Both the position numbers and the translations under genes were made by a program. Below the pieces are notes generated by a model. That model was not told the origin of the DNA, made no database searches, and saw nothing but the letters and a program-made list of their open reading frames with translations. A stretch of 64,000 bases of DNA from Podarcis bocagei (lineage: Eukaryota). The number at the start of each line of letters is the position of its first letter. The stretch's first letter is position 1. Below, one piece after another: positions 52,430 through 64,000 of this stretch. The stretch lies in the NCBI GenBank assembly GCA_964188305.1, contig OZ076887.1. One strand, written 5' to 3'.

Positions 52430-55200
52430 CGCTACCTGCAGGGCTTGACCTGCCGCCTGGTCACCGAGGAGTGATTAGATGAACCTGGTAGGAATAACCC
52501 CAAGTCCGTGGTTAGGGAAGGGAAACACTGGGCCGCCGGCGACGCTGCAGACTGGAGGGGGGCTGTCGGAGGGGGGAGAGAGACGCTCAAGAAGAGCCTT
52601 CATGGCGAGGCACGCTGACTTGCAAAGTTGCGCCTCGCCGGACAAAGCGGAGCTGACTTTAAAGCAAAACACGCGCGCGTAGAAACGGGCCTACCTGAGG
52701 CTACAACCCTGTCCCTGTATACACTTGTAAAAGGGTTCGAGCCCCCCAACTGAAGTAGGTCTGCTTTGTTCAAGAAGCACTTAAAAGAGAGAGAGAGAGA
52801 GCCCGCGGCTCTGTCGCGCGCCACTTTTGCTGGAAAACTCGGCGCCCAAGCGCGCGCGCAAGGAGGCCCGGCGTCTCCGCGCGTCTCCCTCCCTCCCTCC
52901 CTCCCCGCTGGGCTGGCCGGCCTCCCGCGCGCCCACTACCTCCTGGAAGAGCTCCAGACTGTAGGTGTTGTCGTCGTCGGCGAAGAACACGACGCCCGGC
53001 TGCGGGGCAGGCAGGCGCTGGTGCCTCTGGCGGACCCAAGCCAGGCCGGCGTTGCGCTGCTCGGTGGCTCGGGGTTGCCCGGGCCGCTTGAACCTCCTGG
53101 GCGTGAGGGCGTGCAGGTGGGTGCAAGGCGGGCCCCCGCTGCGCAGGAGCCCCGCCACGAAGCGGCTGACCAGCTCGGTGCCCACGGCGGAGTCTTCCAC
53201 CAGGACCCAGTGCAGGCGCGCCACCTGGCGGAACGTGTTGGCCAGGCGCGTCAGCTCGGCTTTCTGCACCGGGCGGCTGTAGGTCGGCGTGATGGTGTAG
53301 ATGACGGGCAGCTCGGCCTCCCGGCGCCGCGGCGCCCCCGGATGCTGCGGCTGGGACAGGGGCTGCCGCGAGGAGGCGGGTGGCGGACGGGGCGCCCGGT
53401 GGCTGCCGCCCGTGTCCAGCATGACGATCACCAGCAGCATCCAGGGCAGCAGCACCAAGAAGCGGCTCAGCAGTAGCGACTTCATGCTGGGGCCCCGGCC
53501 GCGGCCGCCCTCCGCCTCGCCGCCCGGGGAGCCCCCGCCGCCGCCGCTGCAGCCCTCACAGCAGTGGCAGCGGCAGCGGGGCATCGCGGAGCCGCCGCCG
53601 AGGCTGCTCTTGCCGGCGCCGCCTCCTCCTCCTGCGGAGAGATTCAGCCTGCGCTTCCCTCGCCATGGAGCGGGCGGCAGGGCGCACGGAGGGACGCCGG
53701 GCTTCCTGGCACACGGGAGCTCGGCGCTGCGCACCTGGAGCGGAGGAGCCGACGGGACCGCCCGCCTTGGCGCCGACACCTTGGGGGAGATCGCAGGACG
53801 GTCGCCCGGCTGCCTCGGAGGCGGCGAGGCCCCGCTTCTTCCCGCCTGGCTCCTGCGCGGAGAGGAGGAGGAGAAGAGGCCACTGACCGACCTCCCGCGG
53901 GGAAAGGCGGAGACCGGCGGCGGGATGCTGTGGGAAAAGCGCCCCCGGAGCGGGGACCACCGACCTGCGCCAAACTCTCCGTTCTTTTTTCTGCGCTCCT
54001 TCTTCTGTCTCCGGAGAAGCGTTGCAGGGCGTGATGGGGTTGCCCCCCCTCCACAAAGCCGGCGATCCTTCTATTACTATTCTTGTTTATTTATGCCAAA
54101 GCTCCCAGTCTTTCTGCCGCTGCTTTCCTTCTTTCTTCCCTTTCAGCATCGCTTTCCTCCCGTCCGCCTCCGAAGCAGCAGCGGGACGACGGAGGGGGTG
54201 GTGGTGTTGGGGAAGGAAAGAAAGGGGTGCGCGGACGCGGGAGAGTCCCGAACTCTTCCACTTTCCTTCTTCCCGAGCCGGGCGGCTTCTGGAAACACTC
54301 GGCTGTCCTGGCGGGCGGGCAGGCGCTGGGTGCGCGGCGGGACGGGCGGGCGGTGGCGGAGAGAAGGATCCAGCCAGGAGCGAGTCTTCTCGGCGGCAGG
54401 CGGCTTCACTGGGCGCTTACGGTGGTGCTCGCGTGTCGGAGAAGAGGGGGAGGGATCCCCTCAGGGCTGATGCGGCGCAGGGGGGTGGGGTGGGAGCCGG
54501 TGAGTCTCCCTCCCTCCCTCTTTCCGAGTAGCTGCAAGGATTGCTGCCCTTGTTCTCGCTTTGCACTGCAGGGTCTCTCTTTCTCTCTCTGTGAAACATA
54601 AGGCAGTGAATAGGTTCACGTGCTGAAAACTCCAGAGACCTGGAAAGGGGGTGGGTTGCGCCGGGGGGGGGAGAGGGAGAGGAGGCGGGGGCGGAATCGG
54701 GGTTGGAGTGGAGATTGAGTCACACCACCGCGAAGCAGAAGATGGGAAAAGGTTGCTGTTTGCAGCCAGCCCGCTAGCCAAACACAGCCGAAGGGAGAAG
54801 TTGCTGTGCGGCGGCTGGGTATTGTATTGGAAGAAGTCAGGCGCTGAGCCTTTGGCGGCAGCAGCACCGCCAAAGCGGGTGAGGGGAGAGAAGTAGAGGA
54901 TATTCCTGCTGGTACTTCTTCCCCTTGGAATCTCTCTGAGGGCCACCCTGGTTTTTATTTTTAAAGGGTGGTGGTCGTGCGAAGATGGAAAGCTCAGAGC
55001 CGAGAGCATATGCTCCATACTCAGGGATCTTCCTACTTTCATCCACGCCACCGGAGTCTAAAGAAGCCTTGTGTCAACTCTTACTGTTCCGCAACTGGAG
55101 GGGAGACACAAGGCGGGCCCTAAGGCAACGCGTTTTCGCTGTCTTGAAACGGGTGGGGGGTATTTACCGTATATATCGTCGTGGTTTTTATAGTCAGGCA
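52430..55200. promoter_or_regulatory. B3GAT2: CpG island covering B3GAT2 promoter, 5' leader and exon 1
   Basis: Abrupt switch to very GC- and CpG-rich sequence, GC boxes (GGGCGG/GGGGCGG) and E-box CACGTG at about 54617. Boundaries are approximate and the TSS is unknown. Confidence 0.85.
52940..53485 (-). CDS. B3GAT2: B3GAT2 exon 1 coding part (182 codons): [12 protein letters not shown] anchor, Pro/Arg stem, [32 protein letters not shown]
   Basis: Part of ORF 52781..53779. Type II signal-anchor, DXD-type motif DDD, donor GAG|GTAGTG. Spliced with exons 2-4 it gives a 308-aa GlcAT-S. Synteny with SMAP1 is as in mammals. Confidence 0.97.
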
Positions 55201-56132
55201 GGGTGGTCCTTTTGGAACCAGAACTAGACACTTGGAAAATGCTAATTTTCTGGATCCATTTCAGCCTGAGTTTGGCAGCGGGATTGCCTTTTCCACCTTG
55301 TATGATGACCTTCCTTGGGAGAAAGGTGGGTGGGAGGGTGTGATCCTGTTGATTCTCCTAGATCCCTCACCCTGAGCATCTTTTTATACAGTTGAGCATA
55401 GTATCCTTCTGGAGCGACTCCCTCAGCTGGGTCTGGGAAGCAATGCTTTGCAATAGTTCCCAGTCTTCTTTGCACAATTGACTCCAGAAAGTGGTGTTCA
55501 GGGAGGACCAAACAATGCAGTAGGATCTACAGGGTGGGACTTTGTAGGGTTCAGTTTTATCACCACTAGTTAACATGAGACCGCTGAGTGGTAATATCTT
55601 ATGGTCTGGTAACCTTTTGGTTTGATTACCGAACCACAGAATTGTAGTGTTGGAAGGAACCCTGAGGGTCATCTAGTCCAACCCCCTGAAATGCAGGAAT
55701 CTCAACTAGATCTTAATAGATTCATAGAATTGTAGAACTGCAACACATTGTGTATGTGGGACTGCTTTTGACAAGTGTTTGGAAACTCCTGCTAATGCAG
55801 AAATGAGCAGCAGATTCATCTGAGGGTGGTCCCCTCAATTATTATTTGGGGGGGTGCTGAAGGGATCTTGGCCCCTAGGAGTTGGCTGCTATGATTTGCT
55901 CTCACAATGAGTTAACAGTTCCTTAGACCCAGACATCTCATCCCTCTTTAATGGAACAGGCCAAGACAAGCAAGGCCCCAGCACACAACCGGTCAGCGAA
56001 ACCTGTCCAAGCACCTTTGTCAAAATCATCAGGCCCCCAAAACTGATGCTCATTGATCAAATAGGACCCTATTGTCTGGACCCCCCCCCTGCTATAGGTA
56101 CTGCACTAAATGTGGGTTCTTAGGTCAGGATA

Positions 56133-56482
56133 AGGTAAAGGGACCCCTGACCATTAGGTCCAGTTGCAGATGACTCTGGGTGTTGCAGCGCTCATCTCGC
56201 TTTACTGGCCGAGGGAGCCGGCATACAGCTTCCGGGTCATGTGGCCAGCATGACTAAGCCGCTTCTGGCAAACCAGAGCAGCACAAGGAAATGCCATTTA
56301 CCTTCCCGCCGGAGTGGTACCTATTTATCTACTTGCACTTTGACGTGCTTTCGAACTGCTAGGTTGGCAGGAGCAGGGACCAAGCAACAGGAGCTCACCC
56401 CGTTGCGGGACTTCGAACCGCCGACCTTCTGATCGGCAGGTCCTAGGCTCTGTGGTTTAGACCACAGTGCCACCTGCGTCCG
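56133..56482 (-). mobile_element. Sauria-type SINE, full length, with perfect 14-bp TSD
   Basis: TSD CTTAGGTCAGGATA at 56119-56132 and 56483-56496. Confidence 0.93.
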
Positions 56483-59400
56483 CTTAGGTCAGGATAGATG
56501 CCATCAATTGTATCTTCAAAGCACCTTGTAGGTAATGTCACAGCATGTTACCAAAGGCTGGGTACTGCTGTGGCTAAAGAGTTTGTGTTGAACCTATCTC
56601 ACTACATCACTGCTGCTGGTGGTCCTACAGCCCCTCTTGCTGCTCTTTCTTGGAAAAGAATACAGGGGGCGGGCTCCCTGAAGCACATGCCCTGCCTGCT
56701 CTGCTTTTGCTCCTGGCATGTGATTCTGCAGAACTCATGTTTATTTTTTGACAGAGTAAGGGATAACGAGAAATGGAAAATGCTTTGGAATTTGGTATGA
56801 TATGCTTTGGAAAGGCAGACACACTATTTTGGCTGCAGGGTTTTTGCAATGATAGACTTTGCCTTTGAGCAACATACAAAAAGCATGTATCTTGGACACA
56901 TAACCCTGTACCTGCTGGATGAAAGGTGCCAAGGAAGACCAAACATTTGATAAACTCTGACTGCCTAATCCTGCTCTATGTCTGGGTCTCTCTTCATAAG
57001 GAACAAAGGCAATCAAGGTCCTATCAACAGAAGGTGACTGCCTAGTTAGAGCACAACCAAAGTCCAAGTGTTGGGTATTCAACACAGGGGCAGCCCATCC
57101 CATTTTGCCACCTGAGGTTAAAACTTAACCAATATGCAATGTGATACTAAGAATGCTCCCTGAAAAGGAGTCCTACTGAGTTCAGTGATGGTTACATTTC
57201 TTATGATGTGCTTAGAATCACAACCTGACAGGTCAATATTAAAAAAGCAAATCTTTAATTGTGTTCAGCGGTGCTAACGCCCTAGTAAGCATGCTTAGGA
57301 TTCAATCTTATGCATGCTTGCTTGCTTGAGAGACAGCACTGTGGAACTTAAGTGGCACTTGCTTTTGAGTAGACATGCATAGGCTTGGACTGCATATAGG
57401 CACTCGTCATATTGTAATATGTTAATCTGCATTTTGGAAGAGGACAAAGGGGATCCTTTAATTGCATAATGGAAATATATAATCTTAAAAAGTAAAACCA
57501 CACAAGTTAAACACAATTGGTTAGTTCAACATTTTATCATTCCTATTGCTGGATCATCCCTTTAAATCCTTGTTTTTATTGTTACGGGGGCAGGGCATTG
57601 CATATATATATACCATTAACTAGAGTAAGCATTATTCTAATTAATAGCATGTTTTGATCTTTGTAAAGCAAGCAACGTTTACTTCATGCTGCCCTTTTCA
57701 GGGTAATCACTCTTGCCAAAGCTTGAGATCCTGCATCCATTTAGGCAGCTTAGATCCCATTTGAGTCACTGAGATACAATCAGCACACGTCTGTGCAGAA
57801 TTGCAACCAAAGGCAATAGATCTTTTCCAAACAGTCCCCATATGGACAAAGCCATCCATTTTATAGAGGCACCTATCTGGGCCACATATGTCTACTTGCT
57901 ACCCAGAGGGGACATATTAACCCCTGAGGGCTCAGATGCAGAAAAGGCATTAGAGTGATATAATGCAAACTGAAATATATGTGGAAACCAGAGTGACAAA
58001 TGGCTATGCAGCAAACATCTAAATGAGGAAACATCTGTGCAGTAGAGAGATAATTAGAGTTAGTGTGTTCTGTAGAGAAATGGAAGGCTTGTTATGTGAT
58101 TAATGAAATAACACAGTAGGGATGCAGCAAATATAAATAGTTCAATACATCCAAATCAGAGCATCTCAGACATGAAATTACAGTGGCCCATTTTGTGCTG
58201 ATGCAGTTTATCTAAAGGCCAATAACCAAAATAGCATCTCTCAAATAATGGTTGAGCAGCTCACAGTCGTCCCCGCCACATTTACTGTACAATGATTATG
58301 TATAAAAATAAGACTTGCATGGGTAATTCAGCATATGAATTAAATATGCAATCAGCAAAAGCTCAAAGCCCCTCACCCACTTGCAAAGGCAAGGGTCATG
58401 GAGATGAATTAATTCAATGATGATAACCTTCAAAATACATAAATAGGGGGAAACTAAAGATGCTAAGGTATAATGAATGGGATGGAGTGTGCAGTATTTA
58501 GGATTGCAAACTTATAAAGTGGCCCCTTTTCTGTGGTTTTGGCACAGCAGCTTGACATCCAGAAAGGAAGAAGGGGAAGGATTTCCTATTGTGACCAGGA
58601 GAGCATTACCTGCTTTACTCTATGTTTCAGGCAGCTGTTAAAGCCGAGCAGCAGGATCAGTAAAACAAAAAACCTGCAACATTTCTGGATGCAGATGTGC
58701 ACACGTTAATATATGATATTTTTAGCATCTACTGCATGCTGCTTTCAGAGGCCATTTGAGAGGCTGCTTTGGGGGCAGAAGAGCATCATATAGCTGTCCA
58801 GATAAAAAAGTCACTCAAACCCTTCTGAAATCTGGAAGCTTCAGCCCAAGCAAAACAGTTCCAAGGACAGAAATCAAGAGGCTAAAAGCTGAGGTAGCTG
58901 TGGACTTCTGGGAAGTTATTTAGTAGGAAGATACATTTGATGGTATGGAACACTTGGGGAATCATAGAATCATAGAGTTGGCCATCGAGTCCAACCCCCT
59001 ACCAAGCAGAACCTATGGCCTTGCAGGTGTTGCTGGACTTCCAGCTCCCATCAGCCAAAGGTCAAGGGTGATGGGAGCTGTCATCCAGCAACATCTGGAG
59101 GACCACAAGTTCCCCACACCTGGTATAAAAACTAGTTCCCCCCTCAATTAGTAACAGTGACAACATATTGACACCTCTACTTGGCTTCTTGTTTCCTGTC
59201 TCCCACAATTGCTGCAGATAAATTTTATTGTTCAAACTGCCCAGATGACTTGCAATGGAATCTCTTTATCAATATGCTATTGAGGTTTATACAACGGGCT
59301 CATGTATCATTTTACTATTATTCTAGTATATATATATTCCTAGCAAGGTTCCATATTGCCATTCTCCTGCGTGTACCGTTAACAGTGAAGTGCACTTCTT

Positions 59401-60551
59401 ATTCACATGGGGTAATTGTCTTCCAGGCAATGTTTTGAAAGCTATGAAACACTCCTGTTTACCTCACAGGTGGACTACGTGTCAATGATAAAGCTTACAT
59501 ATCTTTTTAGTGTCTCACAGGCAACAGCCGCCACCTTATTCTCACTTCTAAATTTAGACTTGGAGAAAGTGTTAACAACTGGTTTGAAGTGCTTTGAGAC
59601 TTCGGAGGCTGAGTGTGCAAACACACTACAAAGAGGTTTGGGATCTTTTACAAGAGTTATAATGTGCTATTCAGAATATTTATGAATATGTGTTTATCCT
59701 TACCCTATGCCCACAAGAAGTTCCCACACAAAAGGAATAAAGTAAGCTTGGCTTGTTATGTGAAACAAAAGCGACACAACTCTACAATTCTAAGAGTATA
59801 TCAATGCTGCTTCAGACAGCAGAACTGCAATGTATCTGGGCATCCCTGCTACACTTTACCAGCAAACAGGCACATGTTAAAACCCAGCAGCAAGAACAGT
59901 TTTCATGTGAGTTTTCACCATGGGGTGCCTTCCCAGAAGCCACCCCTTAGTGACGAGACAGTGATATGGATTGGTAACACTTTCCCTTTCCTCAAGTTTC
60001 TGAGTATTAGGATTCCTACTTTCTCACCAATCCTTGGCCTGATAGTATGTGTGTCTGAAATTGCAGTCATAGATAACAGCACTGGGGAGAAGCTATTAAA
60101 ATTGATTGTCGATGTGAGAAAACTATTTCAGTCTTTCAGGAAACAGAAGCAGCTGGAGAAACATATAAACGTGCCATCATTTTTACTGGTGGATAGAACA
60201 GTGAAGAAAATCTAGTGTCTGTTTCAGGTGGCTGTGATTGAATATATTAAGCAACAAATATTAGCTTCAAATTTGCCTGTTGGTTCTTACCATCAGCAGC
60301 CCTTCACATTAAAAGGTTGTAAGTGGGGAGGGGGAACTGGTGCATAACACAGTTTAAAGGAGGCAATGCTGATTCACGCAACCATTTAATGTCTGCTCCC
60401 ACAGGTCCAGTGTATCCTAGAGTTCCATAGTTTAACAATGCACTTTGTGAAGAAATATTTTTTGTCTGCATGCCAGTCCACAGACTTTCAAATACAGGCT
60501 GCCCTCTATTCTTGGCATACTGAACTAGTCACAAGAGTGAGATAACATGTC

Positions 60552-60795
60552 CAGGGCTGGCTCAATACATTTTGCTCCCTGATGTGAAACGTAGGGTGAC
60601 ACATCTCTCATTGCAGGTCCAAAAGCTGACCAAACAGACAGTTGAATCCTACTTCTGCATTGGTGAAGGAACAGTACCTTCCTTTACACCCGAGTGCGGC
60701 AGGCTAGCTTAGGGGGTGCAGGTCCACTTCCCACCTCTCAGCATCTGCCTCCTGAGGCAACCTCCTCACTTGGCCTCATGATAGGGCTGGCCCTG
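60552..60795. mobile_element. Possible Harbinger-like MITE
   Basis: Ends CAGGGCTGGC / GCTGGCCCTG, with GTC on both flanks. Confidence 0.45.
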
Positions 60796-63700
60796 GTCTA
60801 ATCCATGTTGTCTGAAAAAGTTTAATTTGCACTGAAAACACTTGATCGGTGTGTGAATCAGCAGCTCTGGGAATATAAAAGAGGGCTCACAGGAAATTCC
60901 CAGCAGTAGGGCAAGACAAGCACCAGGTGTGTGCAAACAGCCTATGTATTTTTGCAGGTTCTATGGAATAGTCCACATTTTCCACTTGCTCGCCATCTTA
61001 ATTTATCTCCCCTGCTTCCCCACCCCCACCCCAAGTCTCTCTCTGCCCTCTCATTAACTTGATTCTTGGAACCCCGCCACTAAAATGCCAAATTGGTGTT
61101 GCAGCTCCAAAGAGTACCTAGAATTTATATTCTAGACACATGTTTCTCCCCACTTCCTTACTACTGGGCACAAAAATGTCCAGTTATGGCTGCTGCTCCT
61201 GCTCATTGCTGCTGAACTCTTGAGTCAGCTCCTCCACCTCTGTGCCCTCAGGACCAAGGCCCTTTTGCCCCGTCCTCTCACACAAGCTGCAAGGCAGCAT
61301 GCTAAGTATACATAAGAAGGCAATGCCCTCCTCTTTGAAGGAGACTGACCTCAGAGAGGCTGCCGTGAATGTACTGCTGCTGCTCAGAGAAGCGGGAGTG
61401 AAACAAAAGCTTCCTTACTTCATACTGCTTGCTCCCCCCCCTTTAAGATCTAGCTGCCTTTTATTACCTAACGCGGACTCTTCCTTCAGTGAAACCATTG
61501 AGCTATGTGAAATGCGCTTATGATCTTCGCCTTGTAAATCCGCAAAAATGAAAACTACAGCTGACGTGCCAGTTTAACACAGAGGCACTTAGTATTCTTT
61601 GGTGCTGTTTTGCTTTCTCACTTTCTGCCGGCAATCCCCACAGTGAGCCAACTGGTTCGCACACTTCTTAACATTCACCACGTGGGCCCCAAGCAAATAA
61701 TCTTCCTTGGCATCGTATCATCTCTCCTCCTGACTCCTGTGTAACTTTGCCATTGTCCTGAAAGAGAGTGTAACATCTAGGCAACTTAGCATTCATGATC
61801 GATGCTCTCAAGCCTGGAGCGCCCCGAACAAGGTTAAGCGGTGGCAAAATCCCATCACAAAATTCAATCATCTGTACTGAAGAGAAATATTTTATGGGGG
61901 AGGGGGTAAGATAAAGTTGCAAGGTGATGAATATTTCCTGGAAAAAAGGGTTAAATGTTCTTTGTTGGCCACTAACTTTATGGGCAGATAAGGGCACAAG
62001 AAGAGCCCTGCTGGAACAGACCGAAAGCTCATTTAGCCTAGCTTTCAGCATCCCAAATGCCTCTGGGAAACCCAAAAGCAAGACATGTGGGACTTGTGCA
62101 CACTAGGAATCCTCCACTAGTGTCCCCTGGCGGCAAAAGGTATCCCAGAGGCTGAGACCAAGTAAGGCTATTTCTTCTAAAGTGTTAGCCTGCCCATAGT
62201 TACCTATGTGTTGGTAACCTCAAGGCACAATTATGCTCTCCATGGGTTTGTCCAATGAGGCTTATTCCCACGCAAGTAGGTATAGGATTGCAGCTTTAAT
62301 GTAATAACTGGGAGCACAATTCGGCCACATGTAAAGAGTCATACACCTTTAGCTCCCATTGATTTTGATTAAACACATCTTTAAACCTCTCCTTTTAAAT
62401 TCATGGGACTTGAAAACACTTCCTGAATCCTGCCCCTGGTTTGTTACTGAGTGTTTTGTTCTGGTCTCTTCCCCCTGCCCCGCCAAAAAAACTCAGGGCC
62501 ATATATCTTTTTATCCCCATCACCCTGTGTTAGGTCATCTCAATTTTTTTCACCCCTGTGAAGCCATTTGGATAGATTAATTTGCACATGCCCCCCCCCC
62601 CCGGAATTCCTGCCCTCTAAATGGAAATTCCAATGAATAACAGCAGAAAGCTCTTCTAAAAAAAGTTCCTGCCCTTTCGGAGCATGATGGCTGGCATTTT
62701 AAAGTCCCAGGGTTGTGGACTCTGCTGTATAAATAAAATCAATGCACTCCATATATTTGATCAGTCATGACACTGGAATAGGGCACACTGTGCTGCCTTT
62801 GGGAGAAAAGAAGGGAAGCAGTTACACCTGTCACAACTTTTCATAAGGAATGCACTGTTGTGTAATTCTTCAGCTCAGGCAATTTAACATAGTTTTAGCT
62901 GCTTGTCATAACTTTTCCCCCTAAGTATGAATGAAATGCTACACTATTCTCAAATGGTCTAATTTAACATGCTGTGTTATGGCAGGTCTGTATTAATCTC
63001 TGATTAGGTGTTTGTTGGTGGTGCTTTATTTATACAGCACCAGACAATATATAAGATATATTGCACAGGAGTACAGATGGAAATATTTCACTAAACGCAT
63101 GCCTGTGGCGTCTCCTGTGCCTCCCAACTTGATTCAGGTTTGCTCTGGTCATTTCTGAGGATGACGGATGTTGTGGATTGTTCCATGCTGATAGGAAATG
63201 AACATTAAGACTCCAGCCTCTATTCAGACAGTGAACAATGCTTTGAGAATGTGGTGCACAATTTAAAAAGCTTTTTCAGAATCCCAGTGGCTGAACTTTC
63301 AGTGCACCTAAGAAGAAAAAGAAAGCAGATCCCACTCTTCCAAATAACTCATGCATGTTATTTTGAAGATAGAAAACTGCCTAGCATCAGATCAGGCTCC
63401 TTAATGATCTAGCCTAGGGATCAGGAACCCACGGGACTCCAAATATTGCTGGGCTTCTGCGGCTGTCATGCCTGACCATGGAATATCATGGCTGAGGCTG
63501 ATGGGAGCTGGAGTCCAAGATTACCTGGAGGGCAGCAGGTTCCCCATTGCTGACCTAACTGAATGATGCCTACTGTGGAAACGGTTTTCTAGGGTCTCAT
63601 CAGGCAGGGACACTGTCACTTACTGCCTGGCCATTTAAATGGAGATGCCAGGTACTGAAACCTGCCTATAAGCCCTTATTTATTAGTCAGCTGTAGCCCC

Positions 63701-64000
63701 TCCCAATTGATGTATAACTGCTGTTACATAAAGAGAACATTCAGTGAGGAGAGATGAAGTTATAATGGAGTGATTGAGCACCACTGGACTTGTAATCATT
63801 TATCTATTTTATGGTTTCCTAATGGCTATATGCTTCTCAATGTGGGTAGAGCACACATCTAATAATCACCTGTCATCATATGATATCAAGTTCAAACCTC
63901 TAGAAGAAGGAACAAGCTTATCTCCTGCAGCCCCACAGTGATAAGTCTAGAGATAAGCTTCTGCCTGTCCTTTAAAAGGTAGCAGCTAGCAGGCCAAGGC

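Noticed and set aside
52781-53779. 332-aa single-exon reading of B3GAT2
   Set aside because: The ORF starts at a non-ATG codon and runs past the donor at 52940 into intron 1; the real gene is spliced.
55185-55192. TATA box for B3GAT2 (TATAAAAA on minus strand)
   Set aside because: 1.7 kb from the ATG at the island edge; CpG-island promoters are usually TATA-less and nothing else supports it.
59613-60215. 200-aa ORF
   Set aside because: Non-ATG start, no recognisable domain and no splice context; consistent with chance.

Overview
Vertebrate nuclear DNA, almost certainly from a squamate reptile. Four Sauria-type SINEs with (ACCTTT)n tails point to a lacertid-like lizard. The window holds two convergent, tail-to-tail protein-coding genes, both recognised by my own translation and recall of the vertebrate proteins. 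SMAP1 (ArfGAP) is on the + strand: its last seven coding exons (522-599, 1500-1580, 15063-15147, 21559-21689, 26003-26168, 27831-28165, 30058-30195) give 337 aa + stop, and the ArfGAP-domain exons lie left of the window. B3GAT2 (GlcAT-S, HNK-1 glucuronyltransferase) is on the - strand with its complete CDS: exons 53485-52940, 38892-38748, 31755-31607 and 31524-31438 give 308 aa, with the 5' end in a CpG island. All junctions are GT-AG and phase-compatible. Introns and flanks are full of SINEs, TA- and 8-bp-TSD MITEs, CR1/L1/L2-type fragments and a solo LTR. Most ORF-track entries are noise. I cannot support a new gene system. The best leads are: a three-ATG leader on B3GAT2 (Arg-rich uORF overlapping an in-frame Cys-rich N-terminal extension), a young CpG-rich transposon built from tandem hairpins, inverted repeat pairs bracketing SMAP1 exons, overlapping 3' ends of the two genes, and a possible intronic terminal exon in SMAP1.
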